The translations under genes and the position numbers were made by a program. From the NCBI GenBank assembly GCA_951406725.2, contig OX597818.1, positions 80,538,001-80,602,000 on the forward strand: a stretch of DNA of 64,000 bases. The letters run 5' to 3'. This stretch comes from Octopus vulgaris (lineage: Eukaryota). Under the pieces are notes generated by a model. That model saw only the letters and a list, made by a program, of their open reading frames with translations. It did not search any database and was not told the DNA's origin. Shown here in pieces: positions 12,216 through 27,100 of this stretch (within the stretch, counting starts at the first letter, position 1; each line of letters opens with the position of its first letter).

Positions 12216-12598
12216 GGCGCAGGAGTGGCTGTGTGGTGAGTAGCTTGCTTACCAACCACATGGTTCCAGGTTCAGTTCCACTGTTGTGGCACTTTGGGCA
12301 AGTGTCTTCTACTATAGCCTCGGGCCGACCAAAGCTTTGTGAGTGGATTTGGTAGACGGTAACTGAAAGAAGCCCGTCGTATATGTGTGTGTGTGTGTCT
12401 GTCTGTTTGTGTTTGTCCCCCCATCGCTTGACAACCGATATTGGTATGTTTAGGTCCTCGTAAAGTAGCAGTTCGGCAAAAGAAATCGATAGAATAAGTA
12501 CTAAGCTTACAAAGAATAAGTCTTGGGGTCGATTTGTTCGACTAAAGGCGGCGCTCCAGCATGGCCGCAGTCAAATGACTGAAGCAAATAAAAGAATA
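12216..12598 (+). mobile_element. SINE family A, full length
   Basis: Complete head to tail. Confidence 0.92.
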
Positions 12599-12600
12599 TA

Positions 12601-12772
12601 CATATATATGACGGGCTTCTTTCAGTTTCCATCTACCAAATCCACTCACAAGGCTTTGTTCAGCCCGAGGCTATAGCCGAAGACACATGTCCAAGGTGCC
12701 ACGCAGTGGGACTGAACCCGGAACCTTGTGTTTGGGAAGCAAGCTTCTTACCACACAGCCACACCTGTGCCT
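12601..12772 (-). mobile_element. SINE family A, 5' half, inverted against the previous copy
   Basis: Reverse complement of the head and body directly abuts 12216-12598. Confidence 0.88.
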
Positions 12773-13599
12773 ATAAAAGTCCAGGTTCTTTAATATTGGT
12801 CATTTTTTTAATAGTGAGGAGGATATGTGTCCCTATATTATTGTTATTTCATGTCCCATAGTGTATGTCAGCAAGATACAAAAGATTAATGCCTAAGAGA
12901 GAGGGGGAGAAAGAACGAGAGTGAAAGAATGAGAGAGAGGGGGGAGAGAGGGAAGTGTAAACAAAACTACTATTGAAAATGGTGTGATTTTTGCATCTGT
13001 TGCTAGAACAGCAAAAAGCAAGAAGTGATTAAACCTATGTCTGCAGCTAAGACTTTTAATTGTCTCTGTTAGTGACTAAGTTCACCTAGGTTTAAGTACT
13101 TAGAACTGTGTAAATGACTCATCTGAACAGCAGCAGCAGCAGTGTTCACTTGGGCTTTCCAAATGTGATTCTACTTGTCATATGAAAAAACGAAACGGAG
13201 CAAAGTTTGGCGTGCCTGTGCTTCTCTCCATTGTTTCCTCCTAACTTCCTGAAAAATGGTTATTTGTTAATGAAATTTTCTACAAATACCTTTCAGATAG
13301 AGTAGATGATATCAGATTTGTTATAAAAAAATATATCGAAGGGAGCGAAGAGTTTCGGATAACTCACAGAAGTCACTTTGTTTGCTCATAACATTCAGAA
13401 AAAGAAGTATCTTTTAATGAAATTTTCTACAATTACCTTTCAGAGGATGTAGAATACAATTATATCGGAATTCACTTCGAAAAAAATTGGTGCACACATA
13501 CTAACACACATCACGTAAAATGAAAAAATAGAAAATGAAAATAAAAATTTTGAAAAAATTAAGTAATGTGTATGTGCGCGCCCACCAATTTTGTTCACA

Positions 13600-13935
13600 T
13601 TATGGTTCCGGGTTCTGTAGCACTTTGGGCAAGTGTCTTCAACTATAGCCTCGGGCCGACCAAAGCCTTGCGAGTGGATTTAATAGATTGAAACTGAAAG
13701 AACGCGGTCGTATCCGTGTGTTTGTCTGTGTGTGTGTGTGTGTTGTCCCATCATCGCTTGACAACCGATGTAGGTGTGTTTACGTCCCCGTAACTTGGCG
13801 GTTCGGCAAAAAGACCGATGGTATAAGTACTAGGCTTGAAATGAAAAAGTCCTGAGGTCAATTTCTTCGACTAAAACTCTTTAAGGCGGTACCCCAGCAT
13901 GGCCGCAGTTTCATGACTGAAACAAGTAAAAGAAT
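13600..13935 (+). mobile_element. SINE family A, 5'-truncated
   Basis: Starts near the B box; tail GACTGAAACAAGTAAAAGA. Confidence 0.85.
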
Positions 13936-14719
13936 ATATACTTTTCCTTTCCAATAAAATTAGTCCCACGAGGACATTTTCAATAGCTTGTGATGAAGAT
14001 CGAACCAAACACATTCATTATTACTCAACATTTCTTTAGAATTTGCTCACCAGTTCTTAAACTGTCGTTACAATTCTTGTTGAAGACGAAATTATTAAAA
14101 TGAAACCAAAACTTCTAACACAAACTTGTTATACATAATACTGCATATCACAACGGTGACAGCTGGACTACATCAAGCTGTATATTCTTGGCTCATGAAT
14201 AAAGAAACAAGCACGGCCATTATAACTACATGTATTTAATCATGCTGAGTTAGCCTTCCGGCAGTTTGAGCGAGATTAAATACACATGGACTTGGCCTAA
14301 TATTTATTTATTCATAATGGAACATGTATCTAGCAATTATTATTTCACTATAGCGGCTAATGCCTTTTACATTTGGTTTGCAAGTGTCCGGTTTTCTGAA
14401 ATTTTGATTAGTGTTTCATGATGAAGTAATAGAGAAGCAAGGAACGGCTGAAAAAGCGGTGGTCCGTATGTTGTCACTGGTATTGCCCTATGTTCTTGAC
14501 CAAGACACTTATTATTCGAACGTAGTATTGTACATAGCGATCACCGCTGCTAAAATTTTGTAACATAGAGTGATGCGAGATGGACTCTACCAAGATGAGT
14601 TTCTTTCTTTTTCCCCCCTACACCCTCTCTCTCTCTCCTCTCTCTGTCTCTGTCTCTGTCTCTGTCTCTACCTCTCTCTCTCTCTCTCTCTATCTCTGAA
14701 TATATATATATATATATAT

Positions 14720-15097
14720 ACTCTTTTTACTCTATTATTTGTTTCAGTCATTTGACTGTGGCCATGCTGGAGCACCGCCTTTAGTCGAGCAAATCGACCC
14801 CAGGACTTATTCTTTGTAAGCCTAGTACTTATTCTATCGGTCTCTTTTACCGAACCGCTAAGTTACGGGTACGTAAACATACCAGCATCGGTTGTCAAGC
14901 GATGTTGGGGGAACAAACACAGACACACAAACATATACACACACACATACATATATACGACGGGCTTCTTTCAGTTTCCGTCTACCAAATCCACTCACAA
15001 AGCTTTGAAAGACACTTGCCCAAGGTGCCACGCAGTGGGACTGAACCCGGAACCATGTGGTTGGTAAGCAAGCCACTTACCACACAGCCACTCCTAC
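14720..15097 (-). mobile_element. SINE family A with a small internal deletion
   Basis: Family A motifs; followed by (TATG)n at 15098-15330. Confidence 0.9.
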
Positions 15098-15102
15098 ATA
15101 TG

Positions 15103-15136
<34 letters not shown>

Positions 15137-15144
15137 TGTATGTA

Positions 15145-15177
<33 letters not shown>

Positions 15178-15224
15178 ATGTATGTATGTATGTATGTATG
15201 TATGTATGTATGTGTGTGTGTGTA

Positions 15225-15255
<31 letters not shown>

Positions 15256-15500
15256 ATGTATGTATGTATGTATGTATGTATGTATGTATGTATGTATGTA
15301 TGTATGTATGTATGTATGTATGTATGTATGTGAAACCACCATCACCCAGCTTTGCAGCAATTTTCTTGTTAAGTTTTTGACTATTGTTTTAACATCATTT
15401 TAAGGTAATAAATATTTGTCATTAGAAAGTTAGTACTCAGTTCATCATTTTCTGCAAGCACCAAAGAATTTGATACATGCAAAATTATAATTATTATATA

Positions 15501-15738
15501 CGTGGCTTGATCAATAAATATCCGGAGTAAAGCCGCTTGGTTCAGATTGACCTTAAACTCTGATGTGTATACCCACTAAGTTTTAACGTTCTATCTCACT
15601 TCTGCTATTAACAGCAGTGCTTGGAAGGAAGGTGTGTAGCGTGTTGTCGTCGCATTGACTATGACAGAGAAAGTTGAGCAGAGAATCTGCATCAAATTTT
15701 GTCAAAAGTTTGGAGATACCTGCTCAGAGGCCTACACA
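15501..15738 (+). mobile_element. mariner element 5' end with transposase N-terminus
   Basis: TA|CGTGGCTTGATCAATAAATATCCGG end; ATG at 15661 gives MTEKVEQRICIKFCQKFGDTCSEAY; related 5' end at 22817. Confidence 0.8.
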
Positions 15739-16010
15739 TGGCACTATGATAATATATATATAATATATACACACACGGCACTATGATCGAGAATACGTAG
15801 AGAAAATAGAAAACGCAAAATAACAATCATGTAATATATCTCAGAAAAGTATATGCAAAGATAATATTAGAGCACGCGCGCGCGTGTGTGCGTGTGCACG
15901 CGAGTGTTGCGTGTATATATATGTGTGTGTGTATGTGTGAGCGCCCGCACGTGTATATATAAATATATATGTATATACATACATACATATATATGTATGT
16001 ATATATATAT

Positions 16011-16057
<47 letters not shown>

Positions 16058-16396
16058 CGTTTCATGCGGCTCCATTTGATTGAACAATGCAAATATTACA
16101 TCAATTTTAAAATGTAGAGCAATCTTCAGCTGCATAAAATATAGAATTTTGTTAAATTCGAAGGATTCGTTTGTATAATGTTCCTATTATCCAAAATCAC
16201 AAAGAGGGTAAGTAGATAAACAAAGAACATATTTCATCAGCAACATCATAGTTGCTTATTTTGATTGTAATCACCCCATTTTGAATTATATGGATATTAC
16301 CTTACTAAATTCTGGTGCCTTTAACTTAAGTATCATATTCAACTGAATCTAAATTTTACTGAACTTACATATACATACATACATACATACATGCAT

Positions 16397-16429
<33 letters not shown>

Positions 16430-16442
<13 letters not shown>

Positions 16443-16980
16443 TATATACATACATATATGTACATACCTACATATATATGTATATATACATGCACATATG
16501 GGTAAAGGACATAAAAAACGTGGACAGAATGAGAAACGAAGAAGATAAAAACAGAAACATAGAAAACGAACTGTTTTGTTCTCACTGTCCTGTTTATGTT
16601 ACCACTTTCACCCTCCGCAAAAAATCCCAAATTTTATTTAATTTGCTTTGCAGAAAGGACTGCTTTAACGAAGTCGCATATTGTCCTTACCTCCGAAACG
16701 CGGAGTAGATAAAACAGGGAACAACTGATGAAAGGAATGTTCTTTATGTTGCATGTCTCGTTTCTCTGTTTTTTTTAGTTGTTCGAAAAAAGTTCGATTT
16801 CTATGTTCTTTGTTTCTCATTCTGTCTACGCTTTTTGATGTCCAATACCTATATATGCATGTATATATACATATATATGTAGGTATGTACATATATGTAT
16901 CTATATATATATGCATATATTTATATATTATTTATATTATTATGTTCGAACGCCACGAATCCTTTTCCAAGTAAGTTTTA
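16430..16980. mobile_element. Family G-related element with an inverted internal duplication
   Basis: About 16435-16572 is the diverged reverse complement of about 16790-16930; matches 49190-49660 and 57880-58100. Confidence 0.75.
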
Positions 16981-17034
16981 TCTTGTTCTTCCTTTCTTCA
17001 TGATTGATCGCTAGCCACTAAACCTTTCTTTTTT

Positions 17035-17399
<365 letters not shown>

Positions 17400-17866
17400 A
17401 CATGAATGTATATTATAATACGTAATACAATAGTATTTTACAAAAAAGGTATTGAATGCAATAAAATTTGCATAAATTATAATTCATGATAGAATAGTAT
17501 GCACAAAGATGAAATATTAGAATAATACAGAATATACATATTGGATTTTCAGATGAATAAAGATAATCTTATTCTGCTTTTGTACTTTCAACAGCGCGAA
17601 CTCTTTCATTTCTCATGTCTACACAGTATTTTTTTTGCATTCAGTTGAGCGTGTGTATGTGTGTGTGTGTTTGTGTGTGCGTGCGTGTGTGTGCACGTGT
17701 GTGCGCATGCACGTGCGAGTAAACACACACACACACACATTCTTACGTACATGCATATATGCAGACAGCAGACAAACAGACAGACAAAAAGACAGATGGA
17801 CAGAAGACAGACAGACAGACAGACATATATAGATAGATAGATAGATAGATAGACAGACAGATAGAC

Positions 17867-17945
<79 letters not shown>

Positions 17946-18242
17946 GACGCTTAAGCATGTGTGTATGGCTCAGAAGTTTGCTTCGCAACCAAGAGGTCTC
18001 GGGTTCGGTCACACAGTAATTGGACTGCGGCCATGCTTAGGCACCTACATGACGGGTTTAGTCGAACAAATCGAGCACCGTTCTTAAATCGAGTCTGGCA
18101 CTAATTCTATTGGTATCATCAGCTGAACTGGTAAGTTACGAGGATGTAAACAAACAAATACCGGTCGTCAAGTGGTGGTGGGTGACAAAAACAAACACAA
18201 TTGTGCGTATGCATGCACACACATGCAGATAGATAGATAGAC

Positions 18243-18316
<74 letters not shown>

Positions 18317-18456
18317 TTAGGCAGACGACGGGTGTCTAAGTTTCCGGCTACCAAATCCACTCGCAACGCAAGGATGCTACTGTAATATGATATCTACCAT
18401 CCATTTTCTAATATAGTATATCTTCTATTAACTTCCTACTATAATGTGATATCTAC

Positions 18457-18926
18457 TTCGTCAATCTGTATAGGATTTTCCTGTGCCAATCATTTGATCC
18501 CTCGTTTGGTGTGATATTATCACGCTACAAACTTCACGACACATTAAACCAGTTTGTAATAGTATTAGGCGACTTTCCAGTAAATGTTATTGTAGTACTC
18601 CTCGGGATCTCGTGAATAAAATAGTACACTAATTCTAAAATTTCACACACACTCAATCTGCTATTGATCTTCTCATTTAAATCGGTATAGTAGAAAAACT
18701 GATTTCCTTCTCGAACTGAGCTATATGCTTGATACCTTTTATTCGAACATCTCAATATTGGCCGGAATTTTCCCGTTCTATTCCTCTTCTTTTTTTCTTG
18801 CATTTGTGTTCCGCATTTATGACAAGGAGGTACATTTCCTTCCTGGTCAATAAGATAGTGCTCTCTCAAAAAAGGCACCGATTCATTTTCGCTTGAGATT
18901 ATTTTGTAAAAGTCTCTGGCCAACAT
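18457..18926 (-). mobile_element. Merlin (IS1016/IS1595-related) transposase remnant
   Basis: PPCHKCGTQM...LRCSNKR...SVREGNQFF...SRLSVCEILELVYYF...TITNWFN, then frameshifted CREVC...MIG...IQIDE (first DDE motif) at 18457-18471. Confidence 0.75.
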
Positions 18927-19974
18927 GGTGCTAGTGTGAACAACTAAACGGGCTAGAATTAATTGCTGAAGGCCGTAAGTGGGTTGTTTGGTAGAGTGCA
19001 TTGTCATTTACGGTAGGTCACAAATAGCAAGACAGATATTAGACTAAAGTAGCACCAACCCAAGTCTATAATAAAAGACAGATCTTTTCGCTTTGACCGG
19101 CAGATATTTAAAATAATTTTTTTTGTAACTAAACACTTTTAAACTTCGTATACTGGTAGAATGTGTTTATAAAACATTTTTCTCTTAGCTTTCTTGAGAA
19201 TATTCTGTAGTGTGTAGCATATTTGTTGTTTAATTTCTTGCATTTCGGCAATTTCAACCAATCAATGACGTCTATTGAGGTGAAAACAATATCTGCCGAA
19301 GTCTGTCAACAACAATGTTTTGCGGTGTCATATGAAAATGTTCCTGCTATTTATGACATATTTCATATCAGTTACGTTCGTAAGAATAAAAGTGAAAAGA
19401 TCCTGAAAGACATGCCCAATGCACTACACAGCAGGACCGAACCCAAGACCACGCGGTTGGGAAGTAAGCTTCTTACCCACACAATCAACAAATATAACGA
19501 TATCACCGTAATAATACTATCACGTTGAATGTCGACCATTAAAATAATCATAACAACAGCAATACATGTATAGCTATGAATAATTAATTAGCTGTACGAA
19601 AGTCACAATACACTTAACATATGTCGTCTCACTGGCAAACTATTCGCCGTTGGTAAACCACGCTCCATTGCAACGATAGTTATTAATATTTATTACAGAA
19701 TGTCCATAATACTATTCCACTATGGTCGAAGTAGTGCTGTCTGAACTATGGAACGAAATCTAAGGTATAATTTATTGTTATATAGCTAACATTCATAATA
19801 TTCGTGAGAGAAATGACTGATGAAGTATGGAAGCAAATCGAAGACACAATCGATAAAGGCACCAAGTTATCAAAATAGTCGTACAATAGATGAATCGTAT
19901 CATAAACTAGTATTACCCGCCAAAAGTATACTTTTGCTACCATGGATAAACATGAGAAAGCAATCACTATGAAT

Positions 19975-20152
19975 AATCCTTTCTATTAAAGGCAAAAGGC
20001 CTGGAATTTCTCAGGTATTTAATTTATCGACCCCGAAATGATGAAAGGCAAAGTCAACCTCGACGGAAGTTGAACTCAGGACGTAGCGACGGGCGAAATA
20101 GCGCTAAGCATTTCGTCCAGCGGGATGACGATTCTTCCAGCTCGCAGCCTTA
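19975..20152 (-). mobile_element. SINE family B
   Basis: Family B motifs reversed, with an internal deletion. Confidence 0.8.
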
Positions 20153-20216
20153 CAGTCTCTATAAATAATAAATAGCATATATACACACACGCGCGCGTGC
20201 GTATGTGTATGCGTGG

Positions 20217-20379
20217 AACTTTGGGCAAATGTCTTCTATGATAGCAGCCTCGGGCCGACCAAGACCTTGTGAGTGAATTTGGTAGTCGGAAACTGAAAGA
20301 AACTCGCCGTTTAAGTATGTGTGTGCGTGCGTTTGTGTGTGCGTGCGTGTGTGTGTGTACGTGCGTTTATGTGTGTGTG

Positions 20380-20454
<75 letters not shown>

Positions 20455-20677
20455 TTGTGTGTGTGTGTTTCTGTCTGTGTTTGCCCTACCACCGCCGCAT
20501 GACAACAAGTGTTGATGTGTTTACGTCCCCGTAACTTAGCGGTTCGGCATTAGAGAATAAGTGGCAGGCTTTTAAAAATAATAAGTACTGGGTTCGATTC
20601 ATTCGACTGAAAATTATTCATGGCATTGCCCCAGCATGGCCGCAGTCTAATGACTGAAACAAATGAAAGATAAAAGA
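20217..20677 (+). mobile_element. SINE family A, 5'-truncated, with long internal (TG)n
   Basis: Body and tail motifs. Confidence 0.85.
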
Positions 20678-21387
20678 TGCAAACATACATACAAGTACCC
20701 ATACACACTGCTTCTTTAACTTCCGCTGCCAACTGATCGTCAAGTTTATCCTTCAGCTGAAGGTCCAGTTATGTCTATATGAGTGTGTATGTGATATTGT
20801 GTGAATGTGATATTGTGTGAATGTGCGAGTGTGTGAGAGTATGCGAGTGAGTGTGTGTACATGTGAGTCTGTGTATGTGTTTTTCTGTGTGAAAGCATGT
20901 GTTATGTATTTGGCGTCCATCGAGTACGTGACTTCTATCATCCTTATTATTGTCAATTCCGACGCTCCTCTCTCGACTTCTTTTATTTAATCTTCCACGT
21001 ATTTTTCTTTTGTGATTCCCCCCCCCCACTTCTCTCTAAACACTGTAAAGCGTGACTCGGGCAGGTAATCAACCTACCAACATTTAGATGGATTGTCACT
21101 ATGTAAAGATAGTTTATGACCGTTACTTCGATAAATTTTTAAGCATGTTTATTTGTTGACGTAAGCTTAACTTACAACGTAAAACAGTTGATACGTGTAT
21201 AAAAAAAGGATATGGTTTTCAAATATGCTTTTTCCTAGAATTGTAACATTCAGTACCATATATGTGAAATTTGGTGCTAACTGATAAGCACGTAGACAAG
21301 GCAATAGTGGTTGTCAAGCGGTGAGAGGCAAGCACAGACACATACATACATACATACATACATACATACATACATACATACATACAG

Positions 21388-21462
<75 letters not shown>

Positions 21463-21679
21463 TAAATAATATATATGCATATATACATATGTACATGAAA
21501 ATGTGACCGCGTGTGTACCGTTGGCGATTTTTTTTCCTCCGTCTTCCCTTCTCTGGATCTTTCCTTTTCCTCTGTTCCTGAGCGTCAAATAATACTATAT
21601 TTGTTCCACGTCCTCGTGTTGTTGTGTTTTCTCTTTGTGTTTTTATGTTTGGATTAACTTTACATACTTACCTATATAC

Positions 21680-22633
21680 ACAGGACGTCACAGAACGTAA
21701 ACAAAAAAAATATTAAAATATGGAATACGAAATACGAATATCTGGAATATGAACTTTTTTGCTAACAACGAAGGAAATAAATGGAAAATAGGACACGCAA
21801 CATAAAGAACGACCCTTCGTCAGTTGTTGGATGTCTTTCTATTCCGTATTTCGAGCATTTCACAAGATACGCCTCCGATAAAACAATTGCTCCCACAAAG
21901 CAAATTAAATAAAATTTGGGATTTTGAGGATGGTCAAAATTGGTAACAAAAACAGGACAGTGAAAACAAACAGGACGGGCTGCTAAGCCTAAACGAAGTG
22001 GAGTGGCGAACACGAAGAAGCAAGCTTGGACAGGAGACAGACAAGAATACGTCTGATACGTCCAGCTGTATCAGGAGGACAGAAACACAAGTTAGGAAAA
22101 CAAAGAAAGATAGCCGATGGTCATGTGGGAACCACGAGAGAGCAAAGGAGGAAGAGTGAGAGAGAGAGTTAAAGACAGAGAACGGTGAAGGGGGCAAAAA
22201 GCATTAGAGAAAGGATAAGAGAGATGGGGATAAGGGGAAATAAAAAGATTAGAGAAGAGAGAAAACGAAAGAGTGATAGAATAGTAGAGTGATAGAAGAG
22301 AGAAAATGAAAGAGTTACAGAATAATAGACTAGAATACAATAGTAAGTATCACATCAGAATTATTAAGATAAAACTTACTTGGAAATGGATGCGTGGCGT
22401 TCAATCATATAATAATATAAATAATATATATATGCATATATACATATGTGTATGTACATACTTACATTTATACGTATATACATATGTGAGCACAGGACGT
22501 CACAGAACGTAAACAACAAAAAATAAGAAAATATGGAATACGAATTACGAATACATGGAATATGAGCTTTTTTGCGAACAAGAAGGAAACAAACGGAAAA
22601 CAAGACACGCAACATAAAGAACGACCCTTCATC

Positions 22634-22635
<2 letters not shown>
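21680..22635. mobile_element. Two family G copies (21680-22200 and 22370-22635)
   Basis: Direct similarity to 5940-6420. Confidence 0.75.
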
Positions 22636-22674
<39 letters not shown>

Positions 22675-22816
22675 AACACACACACACACACATATCAATG
22701 AACATATATACATACATACACAAACACACACTAATACACACACGCATACATATATACACATATATAAATAACCTACATATGTTTCGACCGAAGATTGGCT
22801 TAGGCCATGATATATA

Positions 22817-22970
22817 CGTAGTCTGATCAATAAGTGTCCGGACTGTTGCCATAGTAACGAAGCTAAAGTACGCAGAGAGAAGCCGCTTGACACAAATTAA
22901 CTTTAAATTCTGCTGTGCATGTATACAATGTTTTAACGTTCTAGCTCACTTCCACTGTTTGCAGCAGCGC
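22817..22970 (+). mobile_element. mariner 5' end fragment
   Basis: TA|CGTAGTCTGATCAATAAGTGTCCGG; homologous to 15501-15620. Confidence 0.7.
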
Positions 22971-23317
22971 TTCTTTGTATGTATGTATGTATGTATGTAT
23001 GTATGTATGTATGTGTATATATATATACACAGTTTCCGTCTATCAAATACACTCACAAGGCTTGGGTCGGACCGAAGCTATAGTTGAAGACACTTGCCCA
23101 AAGTGCCATGCAGTGGAAGTGAACTCGGAACCATGTGGTTGGGAAGCAATCTTCTTACCACGTGTTCACGCCTGCGCCATGTATATATATATATATTTCA
23201 TGTGTGTTAATGTTGATGTAATGGATCTGTAATATCTATTAAATAAAATTATGAAACATCAATATACGAATGGAATAAACATCTACTCTCTCGCTTCACA
23301 TTCCTTTATCCGTGCGT

Positions 23318-23363
<46 letters not shown>

Positions 23364-23541
23364 ACGTGTGCACACAAATACTCACGCAGAGATATACACA
23401 AGAGAGGTGAGATGACATTTGTGTCTTATCTCAAGTTCCTGCCAGGTTAATGTCAAATTTTCTTCGTCCGTCTTCTGACAGCGGCTCTTGAATTACATTT
23501 GTTCCTCTAATTCGAAACATCATTTCTCCTCTAACTCCCCG

Positions 23542-23575
<34 letters not shown>

Positions 23576-23682
23576 CTCTTTCTTTCTTTCTTTCTTTCAT
23601 TCATTCTTTTTTATTTCTTCTTCTTCTTCTTCTTCTTCTTCTTCTTCTTCTTCTTCTTCTTCTTCTTCTTCTTCTTCTTCTC

Positions 23683-23716
<34 letters not shown>

Positions 23717-23916
23717 TATATATATATATATATACAATGTAAACAAATATCAAGAATGCGAATTTTCCGAAGTACTCTCCCCACCCACCCCGTTGCTTTC
23801 CGCGCATATTTGCTTCCATATTCGTTTCCTACACATTTGTTTACACCCGTTGCACTATTTTTTAAATTTTGTTTCCGGGTAATGTTCTAAACATGAGCCG
23901 TGCGTTGTGTTATATA

Positions 23917-23973
<57 letters not shown>

Positions 23974-24277
23974 TATGTATCTTTCTCTTTCTATAAATAT
24001 CATTTAGAAAATTGTTCTATTTTTAGATATTTTAACCAGTATTGAGTATTTTGGCAAACATTTCTAATTAAATATATGTAAGGTGTGTGTGTACATTTGC
24101 GTGTGTATGTGTGTGTGTGCACGCGCTTGTGTGTAAATATTCGTAGATATATATACATATATTTATACATACACACACAAATATATATGCAAAAACTTTT
24201 AGTGGCAATCTATATTCTTAGTTATACATTTTTAATCACTATCCATTAACATGATATTCTCAATAATAAATAATTCA

Positions 24278-24334
<57 letters not shown>

Positions 24335-24533
24335 TAGTTTTACCATTTTTCTATACATCGTCTTGTGACGCTTCTGGACATATCAACAGTGATGTTTTTT
24401 TGTAGGTCATTAGGTGTTTTGGGTCTTCTAACATCTGATACCCTCACAAAGACGAGCAAGCAGGGGTTAGTTAAACACACCTTATATGCATTGAGCACTA
24501 ACACAGGTAACTCTAGCTCATTCTTTATATATG

Positions 24534-24576
<43 letters not shown>

Positions 24577-24696
24577 GCACACATATATATGGAGAGACAG
24601 ATAAGGATATATGTACAGTGTACATATATCTAAGTCCATCTCTCCATAGATAATAATATCTCAAAGTGAAGTTGTAAGGTACCACACGAGTGGAAA

Positions 24697-24955
<259 letters not shown>

Positions 24956-25160
24956 GCTTCTAATATAAGGATAAAATTTTTCAAAAACAATTTTATCAGC
25001 GTCCAGCATATTAAAATGCCTTTTAAGGTGAAAATTATTAACAATTATAAATAAGAGCAAAAGAAAAAAAAAATTTTCTATGCCAATATGCTGAAAAGTA
25101 GACTTTAGATCGTCTAACCACATACAATATTTTTCACTATAATTACACAGCGCGTTGAAA

Positions 25161-25219
<59 letters not shown>

Positions 25220-25432
25220 TAAATTAGAGACAAAACCACTATTATGCAAATCAAACAAAGAAAGACTTAAGCCAATACATAAAATAATTTATATAAATTA
25301 AAATTTAACAATTATAAATAACCACTACGATCGTTTCGTACATATATCTATATCTATCTCTCTATATAGCTTGCTTTCCTCGTTTCAACACGCTGTGTAT
25401 TTGTAGTGAAAAAAAATTTTGTATTTTTTCCC

Positions 25433-25479
<47 letters not shown>

Positions 25480-25875
25480 GCTCTTTTACTTGTTTCAGTC
25501 ATTTAATTGTGACCATGCTGGAGCACCGCCTTTAGTCGAGCAAATAGACTTCAGGACTTATTCTTTGTAAGCTTAGTACTTATTCTATCGGTCTCTTTTG
25601 CCGATCCACTAAGTTACAGTGACATAAACACACCAGCATCGGTTTCAAGCGATGTTGGGGGGACAAACACAGACACACAAACATACACACACACATATAC
25701 GTATATACATATATAAGACGGGTTTCTTTCAGTTTCCGTCTACCAAATCCACTCACAAGGCTTTGGTCGACTCGAGGCTATAGTAGAAGATACTTGCCTA
25801 AGGTGCCACGCAGTGGGACTGAACCGAAACCATATTGCTGGCAAACAAGCTACTTACCACACAGCCACTCTTACG

Positions 25876-25878
<3 letters not shown>
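25480..25878 (-). mobile_element. SINE family A, full length
   Basis: Complete family A sequence. Confidence 0.9.
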
Positions 25879-25926
<48 letters not shown>

Positions 25927-26013
25927 AATGTTTACGAAAAGTACAAAAGACGAAGACAGGTGGTGTACAAAACAAACAGATGTATTAGTATAACGCTCAG
26001 GAATAGAAAAATT

Positions 26014-26049
26014 CTTTTACGTTTCGAGCCTACGCTCTTCTACAGAAAG
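26014..26049 (-). ncRNA. Minimal hammerhead-like motif (family F, CUGUAGA core)
   Basis: cttt-CTGTAGA-A-GAGC-gtag-GCTC-GAAAC-GTA-aaag. Confidence 0.5.
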
Positions 26050-26481
26050 GGACTCAGAAAAAACAAGGAGAGAAAAAATGTGTGTAGTGGCTAACGATCT
26101 ATCATATATATATATAATCGATTAAATCGGCCCAGTCTTTGACAGGTACTTATTTTGTCAATGGCCAGAAGGATGTAAGCCATCTACCAGCGTAATATTA
26201 ACATTTCTGAAAATATTAAGTCTCTGAACAGGCAGATAAAATAAGTACTATTGAACACTTATGTCACTATAATCGGTTAGCCCCCACCCACATCCCCCGA
26301 AATTGCTGGCCTTGTGCCACAATTGAAATAATAGTGTCCTACGTCTTCATTTGAGTACTTGGCTGTGTAGACCTTTTTTCTTTGGAACACTGCATAAACA
26401 AGATTAAACCGACCTTTGATGGGATTTAATCTTCTATTTAATTTCATTCGCCCCTAGAACACCTTATAGGTTTTACATTCA

Positions 26482-26882
26482 CCCTTTGAACACGCCAGGT
26501 CGGTTTTCCGGCCTGAGCGTATGATAAATATATCTGCTAGGCCACTAACTATTTAACCACCAAAAGACCGTTTTGCATCGCTGTATTCATGCCCGAACAG
26601 AGCTAGACAACAAAATCCAAGTGCATCATATAAGGACCTTCACAAAAAGTCAAAAACAGTTTACTGATGTAATTATTGTAAAGCTTCCTTGTGAGTCGGG
26701 GTACCACAGAAAATAAAATAAGCAACATGAAATAGTATTCTATTTGTGTATTCATTTATTATAAATAACAGCAAAAAATTAGCACACAAATAAAAAATAA
26801 AGCATAACTGAATTTTTTGCAAATTTTCACAGGGAGCTCAGGGTGGAGGTCATGTCAGGATGGGTTCATAGTGTTCAAAGGG
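26482..26882. mobile_element. Non-autonomous piggyBac element
   Basis: TIRs CCCTTTGAACAC / GTGTTCAAAGGG, flanked by TTCA (decayed TTAA) and TTAA. Confidence 0.8.
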
Positions 26883-26894
26883 TTAAGGCGACTC

Positions 26895-27100
26895 AAAGGC
26901 AGCGATCCGGCAGAGTCGTTAGCACGCCGGGAAAAATACTTAGCGGCATTTTTATGTTCCGAGTTCGAATTCCACCCAGGCCGACTTTGCCTTTCGTCTT
27001 TCCGGCTCGATAAGATAAGTATCAGTTGAATACTGGGATCGATGTAATCGACTAGCCCCATCTTCCGCACTGGCTGACCTTATGGCAAAATTTGAAAACC
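26895..27100 (+). mobile_element. SINE family B
   Basis: Family B motifs. Confidence 0.8.

Noticed and set aside
16690-16760. Hammerhead in family G (CTGATGA plus upstream GAAACGCG; also 6075, 21815, 22625, 57884 and the similar motif at 426-432)
   Set aside because: I could not build stems I-III in any topology, so these are not counted.
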